Shown here piece by piece: positions 1 through 12,000 of a stretch of 64,000 bases of DNA. How positions within the stretch are numbered: the stretch's first letter is position 1; each line of letters begins with the position of its first letter. This DNA comes from an uncultured bacterium (GTDB lineage: Bacteria > Oederibacteriota > JAAXVQ01 > JAUVAV01), in NCBI GenBank assembly GCA_963710755.1, contig CAVQBK010000013.1:369872-433871 (forward strand). The letters run 5' to 3'. A program made the translations under genes and the position numbers. A model generated the notes under the pieces. The model had not been told where the DNA came from. It ran no database searches and saw only the letters and a program-made list of their open reading frames with translations.

Positions 1-3000
1 ACGGCATAAGGCTGAACCTGGTTCAGCTCCACTGACCCCAGTCCATGATACTTGCCGTCATCACCATAAGCTGGTGAGGTACCCCAAGCCTGATAGCCAT
101 GGGCTTTGGCATAGGCTTGAAACACGCCGCCCATTTCCTCCAGCATTTGCAAAGCCTTGCCGTCGCGGATGAATATATTGGGCAAGCTGTAGAAAAAGGC
201 CGCCATATTTTCCGTGCCGCCGCCGCCATAACGGGGGATGGTGAAGCCCATGATGGTTTCCTGCGGCACATGGGCATACCTGACCTGATTGTAAGCAGAA
301 GGCTGCAGGGCACCGGCCATAATGGCCGCCAGATAAGCCGAGCTGTTGTCCGTAGGGCCTTCCAGGATCCAGCTTCTGTTCCAGGGATCGAGGTGACCTT
401 TTCTGATGGCCTGCCAATCGTCAGTAGTCAGGCCTTCTTTAGTGCCGCCCAGCAGGCGCCCATTTTCAGTGACCACTTTATCCCATTGGTACCGTCCGGC
501 AATGGTAGCGGCCAGTTCGGTGACCTCTTGGTTGATACCCGCATGCTTGAGCCATTGCAGCGCCAAGGCCAGATTGCCTTCATCAATAATGCTGTTCTTG
601 ATTTTAACTTTACCGTTTGCTTGTTCCGCCGATGGAATGCCTTGCCTATCCCTCACATTCAGCCAAGCCCAGGTAAAGGGGAACCCGTAAAGATTATATT
701 TCTGCTGATAGCCATCGAGCATCTTCAAGGCCTTCATCAATTGGGCCAGCGATTCTTTACTTTTATTATGCTGATAATCCAAAGCCAGCACCATGAGGCC
801 AATGCCGATGTTGCTGGTGCTGGTGTGGCCTGCCAGCGCGCCATTGCGGTTGTTACGATTATCTACCGGCCAGCCGGTGTTGGGATCGATGAGAGACTTG
901 AAATCCCTGATCGCCTTGGCTTGCAATTGTTGGACAACCTTTTTTCCCTGAGCAGTTAATCTTTGGTAGGTATACGTTTGGGTCGTGGAAGTCCCTTTGG
1001 CAAAACTTTGATTGACCCCTCCGGTCCAGGGGCTGACCGTCAAGCTGAGGCTGAGGAGCAATACTCCAAAAAGTCCGAGCATGCGATGCCACCAGTGCTT
1101 TTTCGACTGGTCTTTACCCGGTGACAGCGCTGTGCCATTAGCCAAGGGAAGTTGATTTAAAATGGCGTTCCCCTCTTCCAAACGTTTAATGGTCAGCGAT
1201 TGGGGTAAGCCCAATTGGTCGCTGAGCTTGTCTATTTGTTTGAGCATGGCCAGATAACGATATCCTCCGATTTCGCCCTGCATGGTATGGCCACCCACCC
1301 AAAAAACAGTTTGTCCTGTTAAATAATGAAGCAGCATCATCCATTGCACATCGCGAGAGGCAATAGCATCCAAAATCTTCTTTATCCGGCGTTGGGTGTA
1401 CCGATCCTTGAAGTCCAATGGCTTTTCAGTATTTTTGGGATCCTTATTCTCCAGGATATTTTCCAAGTCATTAAGTGAGAGTTGATGGAGTTCTATTCCT
1501 AACCGCTTCTTTAAAAGATCATCCAAATGCAATTCCCTGGCCATGGCCATGATGCCCTCCACGGTGCCCGTGAAAGAAGCGCTTTGGCCTGGAAACGCTT
1601 GTTTGGACGTGGCTAGTCTATGGAGCCCTGAGCTGTTGAGGGTAAAGCCGCCGCTGTGGGCAAGGCTTGCTTGGAATTGGCCTTGTCGAAACAAACCGGC
1701 CCTCAAACGTTCCCCAAAGTTCACCACCATGCCCGACACCTCCTCTTTTTTGGAGGTGGCAACAGATTCAACTTCAGGTGTTGGGGGGCGGTTGGTCCAA
1801 CCAGACGTTACTGCCACCGGCCGGCCTTTTCCATTGTCACGCCGGAGTGCTTGTGCATGAGTTTTAAAATCAGCAGTGATCATGCGCGCCAGCAGCTTTT
1901 CCTGACGGCGGGTTTGTTTTGGTCCCAGTCCCAAAATGTCCACATTCAGGTTCCGTGTCCCATAGCCCATGGCCACGGAACGGGCAAAGAAAGGAATCAG
2001 ATAATAGGAATACAGCGCTTTTTGGAGGTCCCGGTCCGCTACCACGTCAGGATGAGGCAATTCCGCCTCCGCTGATTTGCCCTCAGCTGTGGTGAGCCGC
2101 ACGGTCATGCTTTTACCTGTAGCTTGTACTACCTCCCGTACCGCCTGGGCAGCATCAGCAAAAAAGACGTCATTGTCTTTGCCTTGGCTGAAAATGGACA
2201 AGGCCTGCCCAATGGTTTTCCCAAAAATCGGCGACAGATTATTAAGGTCGGCACCCCTGGCATAAGCATGCCATATGGCTTGCTGATCCATCGCCTGCCA
2301 CTCACCCTTTTCATTGGCGTATTCCATTTCAACGCTATAGGCCCCCGGACGGGAAGGTTTCCAGCTTATCTCCCAGACCGACAAGTCCTGAGGCAACCCA
2401 TGCGCAAGCGAAGCCTCCGTGGCCTTGATTGGTTTGGCCTTCAAGATGCCGGCGACTTGCTGACCCTGTTCCTCTTTAACCACATAGCGAACACCTTTAC
2501 AGTCTTTGGGAAGAAAAACAGCGAGATGAAATTTTTGCCCTATTTGGGCCATCTGGCGCTGTCCCTGGTCCAAAGGCGGATCAAAGGCTGGTAAAAATAA
2601 TCGGTGTTGCAACAGTTGCGCCAGACGCTTTTCCTGGTCACTTAAATCTTCGAGTTTTTCACCTCTGGCAATAGCCAAAGCACTCTTCTCTGCCACACCT
2701 TCAGCCGCAGCCCATAAGTCCAGAATGTCCTTGGTATACGTCTGAATATCCCCGCGTCCTGTTTGCTTTAACAAGCCCTGGATAAAGGTCAACTTTTGAA
2801 GTAATTCAATTTCTTCTCGTGTCCTGCTATTTTCACCTCCCAGGAGCGCATTGAGCCGTTCCACGGTGATATGGTGAGGCAGACGAATGTCAAATTTTCC
2901 GGCATGGGCATTGGGGTCATTGATACGGAATTGAGGCGGCAGGTTAAAAAGTCGGAAGCTGAAAGCAAAGCCAAGCCCGCCCGGCTGCTCAGCAGACGCC

Positions 3001-3053
3001 AGAGGTAAGCCCCATGCACCTGTTCCGCTACTTCCGGACTATCCAGATCATGG
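1..3053 (-). CDS. 3' portion of a giant multidomain gene, read in a different frame from ORF 2789..13159. It holds the C-terminal end of the GH77 domain, about 580 aa of unassigned sequence, an internal hydrophobic segment and a six-hairpin glycosidase-like (DUF3131/GH144-like) domain. It runs off the window start with no stop.
   Basis: Hand translation of the reverse strand (codon high coordinate = 2 mod 3) is open from 3053 to 1 and protein-like throughout. Segments read: '...FRINDPNAHAGKFDIRLPHHITVERLNALLGG...' (GH77 C-terminal R-x-N-x-P-x9-R-L motif); '...DVQWMMLLHYLTGQTVFWVGGHTMQGEIGGYRYLAMLKQ...'; 'MLGLFGVLLLSLSLTVSPWTGG' (about 1082..1020); and '...LIDPNTGWPVDNRNNRNGALAGHTSTSNIGIGLMVLALDYQ...YNLYGFPFTWAWLNVRD...'. 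It is missing from the ORF track because it has no in-window stop and no ATG near its 5' end. Confidence 0.6.
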
Positions 3054-6000
3054 AGCTCCCCGTCCAGTCCTTCGAAACCATCGGTCTTGAAATCATCGAT
3101 AACCTTTTGCTTGCTTTCCCCGTTCATGGCAGCCCACATGGCGCTGAAGGTCACTGAATCATGGAGTGCGCCCGTAGCCAGCATACGGCTGGGCATGTGG
3201 TCAGGATAATAAGGATTTAGGCGGTCACCCCAGGGCTCGCCCGTAAGCGCGAAGATATAAGGCGCAAAGCCATAAGCCCCGCTGGTCTCCATTTCCGTTT
3301 GTGCTTGGTGGGGCACCACACCCAGGGTTTCATAAACCAGCGTCACACCGAGGGCCTTGGCATAGCGTTCCAGCTCAGCCAATAAGGTCGCCGAGTGGGG
3401 TGTGGGCTTAAAATAACCAAATTGTAACCGGTCCGATTCCTTGGGATCCATGTCAAAAAAATAAGTTTTCCAAAATCCTTGTGCTGATTGTTCATGCCCT
3501 TTTTTCCCTTTGATAGCATCAGCCGGAGTGGTTCGCAGGTAATCCTGCACCCGGGCATCATGTTTGATTTTCTGCTCCACGCTTTGGTATTCCCGGCGCC
3601 AGGGTGAATCTTCAGGTAAGGCTTTGTCGTAATCCTGGCGCGGTACGGTTCGGGCAATGTAAATGGCATTATCAGGACCGATGCGGCCATGTTCATTCAT
3701 CAGCCAGTGCAAGGCATCAGCCGGTAATTGATTTTCCAAGTTGGCTGGCAATTGACGGCGCCACTGTTTTAATTTGTCCATATAGAGCGCTTGGGCTTTG
3801 TCGGCCGCGGCCTGGCGCAAGCGCTCCTGCTCTTCGTTGTCCGCTGCAGCCGATATGGCTGCCATGGCTTCTTGGCGTATGGCCATCATCTCCTTAAAAA
3901 TCCCCAGGTCTTTCCAGGTCACATCACCTTCCGTGAAATAATAGCTGCGGAACAAGGCGAGTGCATGATCAATACGAATATACCGGCCGTATTTAGCCAT
4001 GGCCTTGATCTGGGCTTTGAGGGCGTCCATGGACTCGGATAAATACATCTGCCAGTATTGGGCATTGGGGTAAGCTTCTTCCGCAGGCACGCCGCGGCTG
4101 ACGAGACGCAGAAAACCGAGCTTCTTTTTCAGCCCATACCAGGCCGGATGTTTCCAGGGATCGGCTTCACTGGGAGCAATACCCTTGTCCACCGCCAATT
4201 CAATGCCTTTGCTGCGGGCATAAGTTTTCAACTCATCATATTGCGCATCCGCGATAAATTGAACAAAGGCCTGAAAAAGAATCTGATCAGCCAGTCTTTT
4301 TTTGGCGTGACGCAAAGATGCCGGTTCCCTGGCCCATAAGCCTTCCTCGCCTGCTTCACATATATCACCTTTCCAGCGCTGCCAGGCCCAGTCGCGCAAG
4401 TCATCCAGTTCATATACTGTTTTCCCTTCCTGCTCCGCTTTTTCCTTAAGCTCATGGCGGCGCTGATTGTATAGGGCCTGAAAATCCGAATTTTCTTGAC
4501 GGCGTTTTTCAGCCAGGACCAGTTGTCTTTCCCTGGTGGCAGGCATGGCCTTCCTATTATTCTTAGACCATGTTTGGAGGACCTCCAGTTGAAGAGTCTC
4601 ACCATCCAGATATTGACCATCTTTTTCCCAGCGGGCCACTTCCTTGGCCATAAATTCTTGTTTGAGCAAATGGTAAAGAAGATCGTCTTCTTTATTCTTC
4701 TTTTCCTTTTTCCAATAAGTCTCAAAGGCTTGGCGCAGGTGCTGATTTTTTTCATTGTCCGGGTAAGCGGCCAAGGCTTGCCAGACCGATTGCAGCACCT
4801 CCAAGGTCAAGGCCCGTTTCTGATCATATTGGGCCCGTTCAGCCTGACGCCACTTTTTGACGGCATCATAATTAAAAACTAATTTCCCTACTGCTCGCGG
4901 AGCATAGACGTGATTAAATACCCAGGGCAGATTGATAAATTTGGGATCCTTCATTTCCTCGCTTTCATAGGCATAGGGCGAGTTGCCGATAGGCGGCCAA
5001 AATAAACTTTCCATCATCATGGCTTTAAAGCCCATTAGTTTATGAAAATCCACCACCTTTTTCATGAGGATCAAATCCATGATCCCCATGTCCTCTTGTG
5101 AGCGCCAATGGAAGAGATAATCAATAGTGGCCACCACATTACGTAAGCCGGCCCGCGCCGGGGAAATAAATTTTTGGTAGGGGAAGAGTTTTCGATACAA
5201 CGCATGGTGGGTGATGGCGCCGGCCAGATAAACCGCGCTACCAGTCAGGCTGGTGGCAAGGATATGGTGCGGGGCCAACATCAGCACGGTTAGGCCGACC
5301 ACAGCGGACAGCCCAAGGCTTACGGTAATTTTAATGAAATTTAAACGGATTTGTTCTGTTTGATCCGAAGAGGCTGGAACTTCTTTATGCTCTGTTTCAT
5401 CCCAAATGGTGGTATGCAGGAATGCAAACAAGGGCTTGATGGCCAAATCATACACCCCGTAAGCCAATGCCAGCGATGCCGCCAACGCCGCCAGGAACCA
5501 GCCCGTCCCCACGCCGAGTACCACCGCTATAATAGCCGGCGCCATGGTTGCTCCCAGCAGGGTAAAGAGCATCATATTCTCAATCTGCTCAGCTATGTCC
5601 AGCTCCACTTTATCCGACAAACGCCCAAAGGTAAATTTGTGCACCCAGGCTTTGATTTTGGGACTGGTCAGGCGGGGCGATTCTTTTTCCGGCTCAACAG
5701 CACCTGAGCTGAAAGCAGCCGCCAAGTCAGGATCTTGGCGCAAGGCCAACAAAACCTGTTCCGGTTCCAAGCGGGCATTAATCATTTCCAATATGAGTTG
5801 CCGCTGGATTTCATTAAAACGTTCATTGTGGGTTTCTTCGCCATGACCTTCGCGCAAATGGGCATTTTCATGCACCAACGTTTCCATAATATCGTACAGC
5901 TTGGCATAATCTTCCTGCGTGGTTGATTGGTGGTTCATAAACCGGTTCATCCAAGCGAGCCAATCGCCAATGCTATTTTGGTTAAAATTAATCCAGTCAG

Positions 6001-9000
6001 GACCATAGAAGGCTATGCGTTTCGTGGAAACCGTCATGAACCCTACTTTATAAGGACCATAGCCATGGGTCTGCATCAAAGGCTGCATAAGATCCTGACA
6101 AAGTTTGGCCAAAGCATGATGCGCTGCGGTGAGCTCGCTTTCACGCAGAGGCGTGGGCCGGTCATCCTCAATCGTCACTTGTCCAAATCCTTGGTGTTGT
6201 GGCTTTTGTGCTTCTTTCAGCAACAGGGCAAAGGGTTCACTTAATTCTTTCAGGTCCACTGGGCTGTCACGGCGGTCGGCCTCAACCGCCATACAATGGA
6301 GATCGTAGAGGGAAAGTTTTTTACCCTCACCAGGTTGTTGGACTTTTATTCTGGTGAGCAGTGTGGTGAGTTGATCCGAATTCTGAATAAACTGAACTTC
6401 CCGGTCAGTCAAATCTTCCCACCGTCCCTGATTAAGCTTACCGGCCAGAGTCTCAGTAGAAATGTAATGACGGACCAAATGATCATATTTGTACACCAAA
6501 TCCAATGGCCGGTCATAATTCAACGTTGCTGCCGCGGTCTCCAGCACCGCGGCCAGGATTGCTTTTTGCAGTCGTGGCAAATATTTTTCCGTCTCCGCCA
6601 GCCCGCCCCGTTCCCGGTCGGTTACAATGGAATAAACATGTTGTTTGAGGCTGACCGGCAGGCTGAGGCTCAATCCTTGTGTTTTGAGCATGTCTTTTAG
6701 CGCTGCCGGCACCAAGGCCCACAATTCAGGGTATTGATTCAAGTCCATGACAAAATAGCCGGCCTGCAACACGCCTGTTTTCCCGGAAGCCCGTTTAACC
6801 ACTTTGATCTTTTCCTGGTCCTGCCAGTCCACCTCAGCCAAGAGGGCCGCCTGTTCCGAAATATTACGGCCGTTGAAAGTAATGGTCAGCCTTCTTTTTT
6901 CATCAACCGACCCCAAGGTGCCCGCGTAGAGTTGCAAACTGTCGCCAATAATAGCTGTTTCCAAATCAATGCCGTCTTGATTCTGTTCATAATCCCCGGG
7001 GTACTCCTTGATCCAAGTATCGACGCGGGTACCTTCAAACTGGCCTTCAAACTCTGCGAAGCGCTCAACCTCCCAGGTAAAACCGCCTTGGCCATTGGGT
7101 ATTTTTCGGACCTCCAAAATTTGAAAGCGGCCACTGCCTGATTTTCCGGAGATCACACGAACCCGGTCCGCGACCGTAAGATTTTTGTACCATCCCCGGC
7201 CGTAATATCCTTTGGAGGGATCAGCGCCTTCTTTCGCACCGGTCCTATCCAAGGGAAGCAGGAAGTTCAACATATCTTCCGTATCCATGCCAATGCCATA
7301 ATCGCGGGTGCTTAGCACCAGTTGGGTTTTGCCTTTGGTTTGAACCGGCACGGCTGTGACTTCGATGCGTTGGGCTCCGCCCTTTTCCAAGCTGGCTTTA
7401 TCCGCATTTTGAATGTTCTCTCTTATCCATTCATAACCTTTTCCCATGCCGCCGCGCGCGATGTCTTCTTCCGTTTGAGCGTAAGCCTCATTGCCTTTAA
7501 GCGTTTGCTTTAAAGCCGCCACACTTTGAAAGATCCCCAAATTGCGGCGCACCCCGGCCAGCACTGAAAGTCTAATTTTTTTAATAACGTCCAAGCTACG
7601 GCCCCGCGGCAGGTTCAATTGGCGTGGGCTCAAATCTTCCATATCAACATCGCCGCGCAAATAGCGGATCAAAAAGGCGCCTTCAGCAATTTCATCCGGC
7701 CCGGTCTCTGGGGACAACCATTCCCAATGAGATTGCAAGCCTGTAATCATTTCAAAGCCTCTGTCCTCTCCTGCCTCCCCTGCAGCTATTACATGCAACC
7801 AACGATCCAAAACTTGATTAAAATACAGGTTATCGCTTACCACTTGCCCCAACCCATCAAGCAACTGGCCCACGGCCCTATGATGCTGCCGGAATAACCT
7901 ACCGCAGATTTTGCTCAATGTTTCCTGGTTTTGTGGATTAAGACGTTTGATCTCTTGGCCGTCGGCAAAGGGCAGGAGCCAATCCAGTTTTTCCATATCC
8001 GCCGCACTCCAATTGTAGTGGAGCAGATTATTTATAAACCGCGATTTCGCCTCCGGTGACAAGTGGTTATAAAATTCGTCACTCGGCTCAATAAAAGGAC
8101 CGTCGGCAATATTCTTAAACCAATCCAACGGTTGAATGGTGATGGTTTGGTTCTGCTTAAATATCACCAAGTCCGATTTGAGAAGATCAATAAACTCTCC
8201 CTCCAGTCCCGTAAAAATGGCGGTTGATCCCTCCAAACGGAACAACCTTTTTACCCCCCACTCCCCGATAATGGCATAATTGACGCCGCCAATGGAAAAA
8301 GGATTCCATGCATCGGGGATATTGCTCATGTTCTCAACGTGGGTAAAATACCCATCACTTAAATGAAACAAACTCCAATGCCGTCTATGCTTGAGCCACA
8401 TATAGATTTCACTGCCCACCTGCACGGGGTTGGTGGCTTTCTCCATCTCGCCCAATTCCTTAACCGGCTCAAACCGGTCATGAATTAACCGGTATAGCCT
8501 TGTTTCCCCATTTGTTAATGCGCCTAAAATATAAATTTCTTGGCCCACGGCCACAGGTTTATCGTGATATGTAAAAGCAACCTCCGCCAGTTCTTGCACT
8601 TGAACAAAACGCCCCTGAACCAGCCGATATAACCGGGCATCATTTGCTGGGCCGGCAATCTCATAGGTTTCCCCGCCCACTTCCACCGGCGTCCCATACC
8701 CATCCTTATCTTTCAATTCCACAATTTCCACAAACCGTCCGTCAGTTAATCGATAAAAATGCTGCGAATCATCACTTAAACTGGTTAAGTTTACATAAAT
8801 TTGCCCTCCGGCACTTACAGGGATACCAATCTCACGTGCATCCGCCAATCCTTGGGTTAATTCGAACCGTCCATTAGCCAGCCTGAATAAGTAACTGTGA
8901 TGGTCTGAAGAGCCAATGAAAAAAACTTCTTCCCCAATTTGAATAGGGCCCTCTTTAAGGTTTAATCTTCTTAATTCTTGTACCACTTCAAATCTACCGT

Positions 9001-12000
9001 GAGATCGTCTATAAATGATGTCTTCAGCACCTTGCCTAACCGCTACATAAGTTTTTCCGCCTGCCTGACCAATCGGGTATATTATCTGCGCTGGTTTGAG
9101 ATCAGGGACCACTTCGAAGCGACGGCCTGACCATTGATATAAGCTCATGCTGCCCGGCTCGCCGGCGCCTACCAAGATATCTTCGCCCACTTTTTCAGGC
9201 ATTTGGATAACATCCAAGCCGTGAAATTCAGTCAGTTCCGAAAATGCGGAACCAGTCCAGCGATAGAGATCATAAACAATGCCGCGCTGCATCCGTAAAA
9301 ACAAATCACCATCAATTTCCGCCACGTCGTAGCTTTCACCGGCCAATTCGGTTTTGAAAGCATCGGCTATGGAAAAACCATGCACTGCGCAAAAGTCATC
9401 TATCTTCGACAAACGTTCCGCGGCCTTTGGAGCCAGTCCGGTCCGGCCCGACCGGAAATAATTGAACTGCAACAATTGCCGAATATTAACCGGATAATCA
9501 TCAAACTTAAACGTCATGCCCGCCGGTGATGCATCGGCTACGCCCCGGGGGACTGAGCCTCCGGCATGCAGAGTAGCTTCCGTTCCTGGTTTGGTGCCAT
9601 AGCCGGTCCAAACCCCGAAGAGTAAATTCAAGAGCAGCGGGCCTTGCCCCGCTAAGGCTTTATCAACATAGGCATAATAAATAGCCTGGTTTAAAAGCAA
9701 CAGCTTGCCTACCCGGGCAAAGGGGCGTGTCAAGTTGGCGATCCATACCGATTTGCCGCTGGACAACACAGGCTGGGCATCGATGCCTCTTGGATCGAAT
9801 GGGAGCAGTCCCTCCTCAACCGTGAGGGGCTTTTTACCTGCATAGGCCTCGGGTGCGATGGCTTGCTGCTCCATGGCGGGTAAAAAAACATAGTCCATTT
9901 CTTTCAATCGGCTGGCAGCCTGATAAAATCTTTGCCGCAGGTGACGCGCGATATTAAGTTCTTCACCCTTGGTCTTGGTCCGCTGTGATTGCTGTAAGCG
10001 TTCGGCGGCCAGATAAACAGCATTGACCACGGGCATCATGCTTTCCGGATTATTGGAAAAATTTCGGAGCAGATTGTCGGCTACGGTCTGAAAAGCTCTG
10101 GCTGTCACCTCGTCCAGCAGGATTTGCTGGCGTCCCTCCCTTTGATCGCAGGCCGTGGGAAGATCAATCACCACTTCTTGAGCCAAGGCGGCACCTTCTA
10201 TTTCCAAGGTCTCTACTTCCGTGCCACCGACCAGTAAATAAACTTTGCTGGTCTTACCCACGTGCCTGGACCAGTAGTATTCTTCCCCATTGGCGGTCCA
10301 ATCCTCCTGGAGTAATGCCGACTTCAATTGATCACCAGTTCGGTTGGTGGAAACTTCAGGCACCGGTAAGGCTTCCATGAGAGTTGACAATCCTCGGCCC
10401 TCATCAAAAGGGGCCACCCCCTTTCCTGAGTCACGCACATGTAATTCCCGTCCATCCTCGCTCAGCCAATAGCGCACGGCTTTCTCGCCCAACCGATAGG
10501 TTACCGGTTGGCCTGCCTGGTCAAAGGGTGACAAATCATTAACCAGGACTTGGCCGCTTTTCCCCTGGAAGATGAGACCGCGCCGCGAGGTACCCAGCTT
10601 TTTTCTGATGTAGTTTTCCAGACGCTTGCCATCCAAGGGCTGCTGGCGGTGCAGCACCACCTCGGTGCCCGGGCCCTGGGTGGCTAACAGGGATTCGTGA
10701 TAAAAATTAACCCGGATGGTACCTCTTGTTTTTACGAATACTGCTTTGTAGCGCGTACGTCGTTCCTTATCAGGTATAGTGATAAACTCCAGGCGGTCGC
10801 CTTCGTTCTGCAAGAGCCCGATGGCTTGATAGACACCGCGGCCAAAGCGGCCAATAGCGTCACCCATGGCGTCAAAGCCATTGTTGATCAATTCCACCAA
10901 AGCTTGATCAGCCGTGGTGGATTGGCGTTTCATGAGCGTATCCAAGCGTTCCGGCTCAAGAGGAAATCCTTCGGCCATGCATTCCCGGGCAAGGTCTACA
11001 AAAACAGGCCCAATGCCTTCCTTGGGCTGCGAAGTCTCAAGGGCTTTGATAAACCGTTCCCGATAGGCTCGCTGTTTTTCTGCTGGCAAATCACGCAAAT
11101 GCTTGATGAGACTGACATATAGAGCAAGATCATAGCCGTCTTTGGTGTAGAATTGTGATGGGGATTGCTTCTCGGAAAGTTTAGCTTTGGGCCGTCGCGG
11201 TAAAACCCATTTAACTAAAATTATCAGTGCCAATAAGATCGCCGCGGTCCAAGTTGCCTGGCTGGTCAGACCGCCTGCCAAAGGTGATTCCCAAAGCGGG
11301 ATGTGAGGTAAAAAACCCGTGGTTCCGGCCATCAGCAATGAAGCCGGTGACAACGCCGGCAGAGGCCCTTGTAATTTTATTTTCATGGTTACCCAGGCTT
11401 GCTGCAAAACCCTGCTTAGGGATTCCAGAAATGCACTCGGTGCATGCAAGTTGATTTTTTCATAAGCCGATTGATCGGCAAACACCGCCGCATAATGCTG
11501 ACCGGGCAGCGCTTTCAAAACGACTTCAGCACCGGGCTCAAGTCCATACGCTTGCAGCGGCCGGTTGGCCACCACGACTATTTTTTCTGCTTCACCAACC
11601 TTGGCTAGAAAAGCACGGACGCCTTTAACCGGCGCCTTTAATTCCTGCCATTGCGTAATGTCAAAGCTCAGTGCCTGTTGAGCGCTGACTTTCATGGCCT
11701 CTGCACTGGCCGTGGAAAAAAGCAAGGTTCCCCAAGCCATGCGTTTAAGTTTATTGACGGCCAGGGCTTGCAATTGATCGGCCACAGCCAGAATGGTCTG
11801 GTTTTTAGCCAGCAATTGTTCCAGCGGGGTACGTCGATTCTGCAACAACTCAAAATAAGGATTAACCACGTCCAGACGGGAAACCTGGGGGCGCACCAAC
11901 AAATAAGTAATATTTCGTTTTCGCAATTCCTCACTTACTTGCTCAGTATGAAACCCGCCATTAATCATCACGGCCAGCGATTGCTGCTGCGTCTGCATGG

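Noticed and set aside
99-2594. Plus-strand track ORFs 99..959, 406..690, 1543..1860, 1656..2075 and 2124..2594, and minus-strand ORFs 23..313, 61..417 and 859..1092
   Set aside because: Their translations are low-complexity and not protein-like. A different reverse frame (codon high coordinate = 2 mod 3) is open over the whole region and reads as genuine protein, so these are shadow ORFs of that frame.
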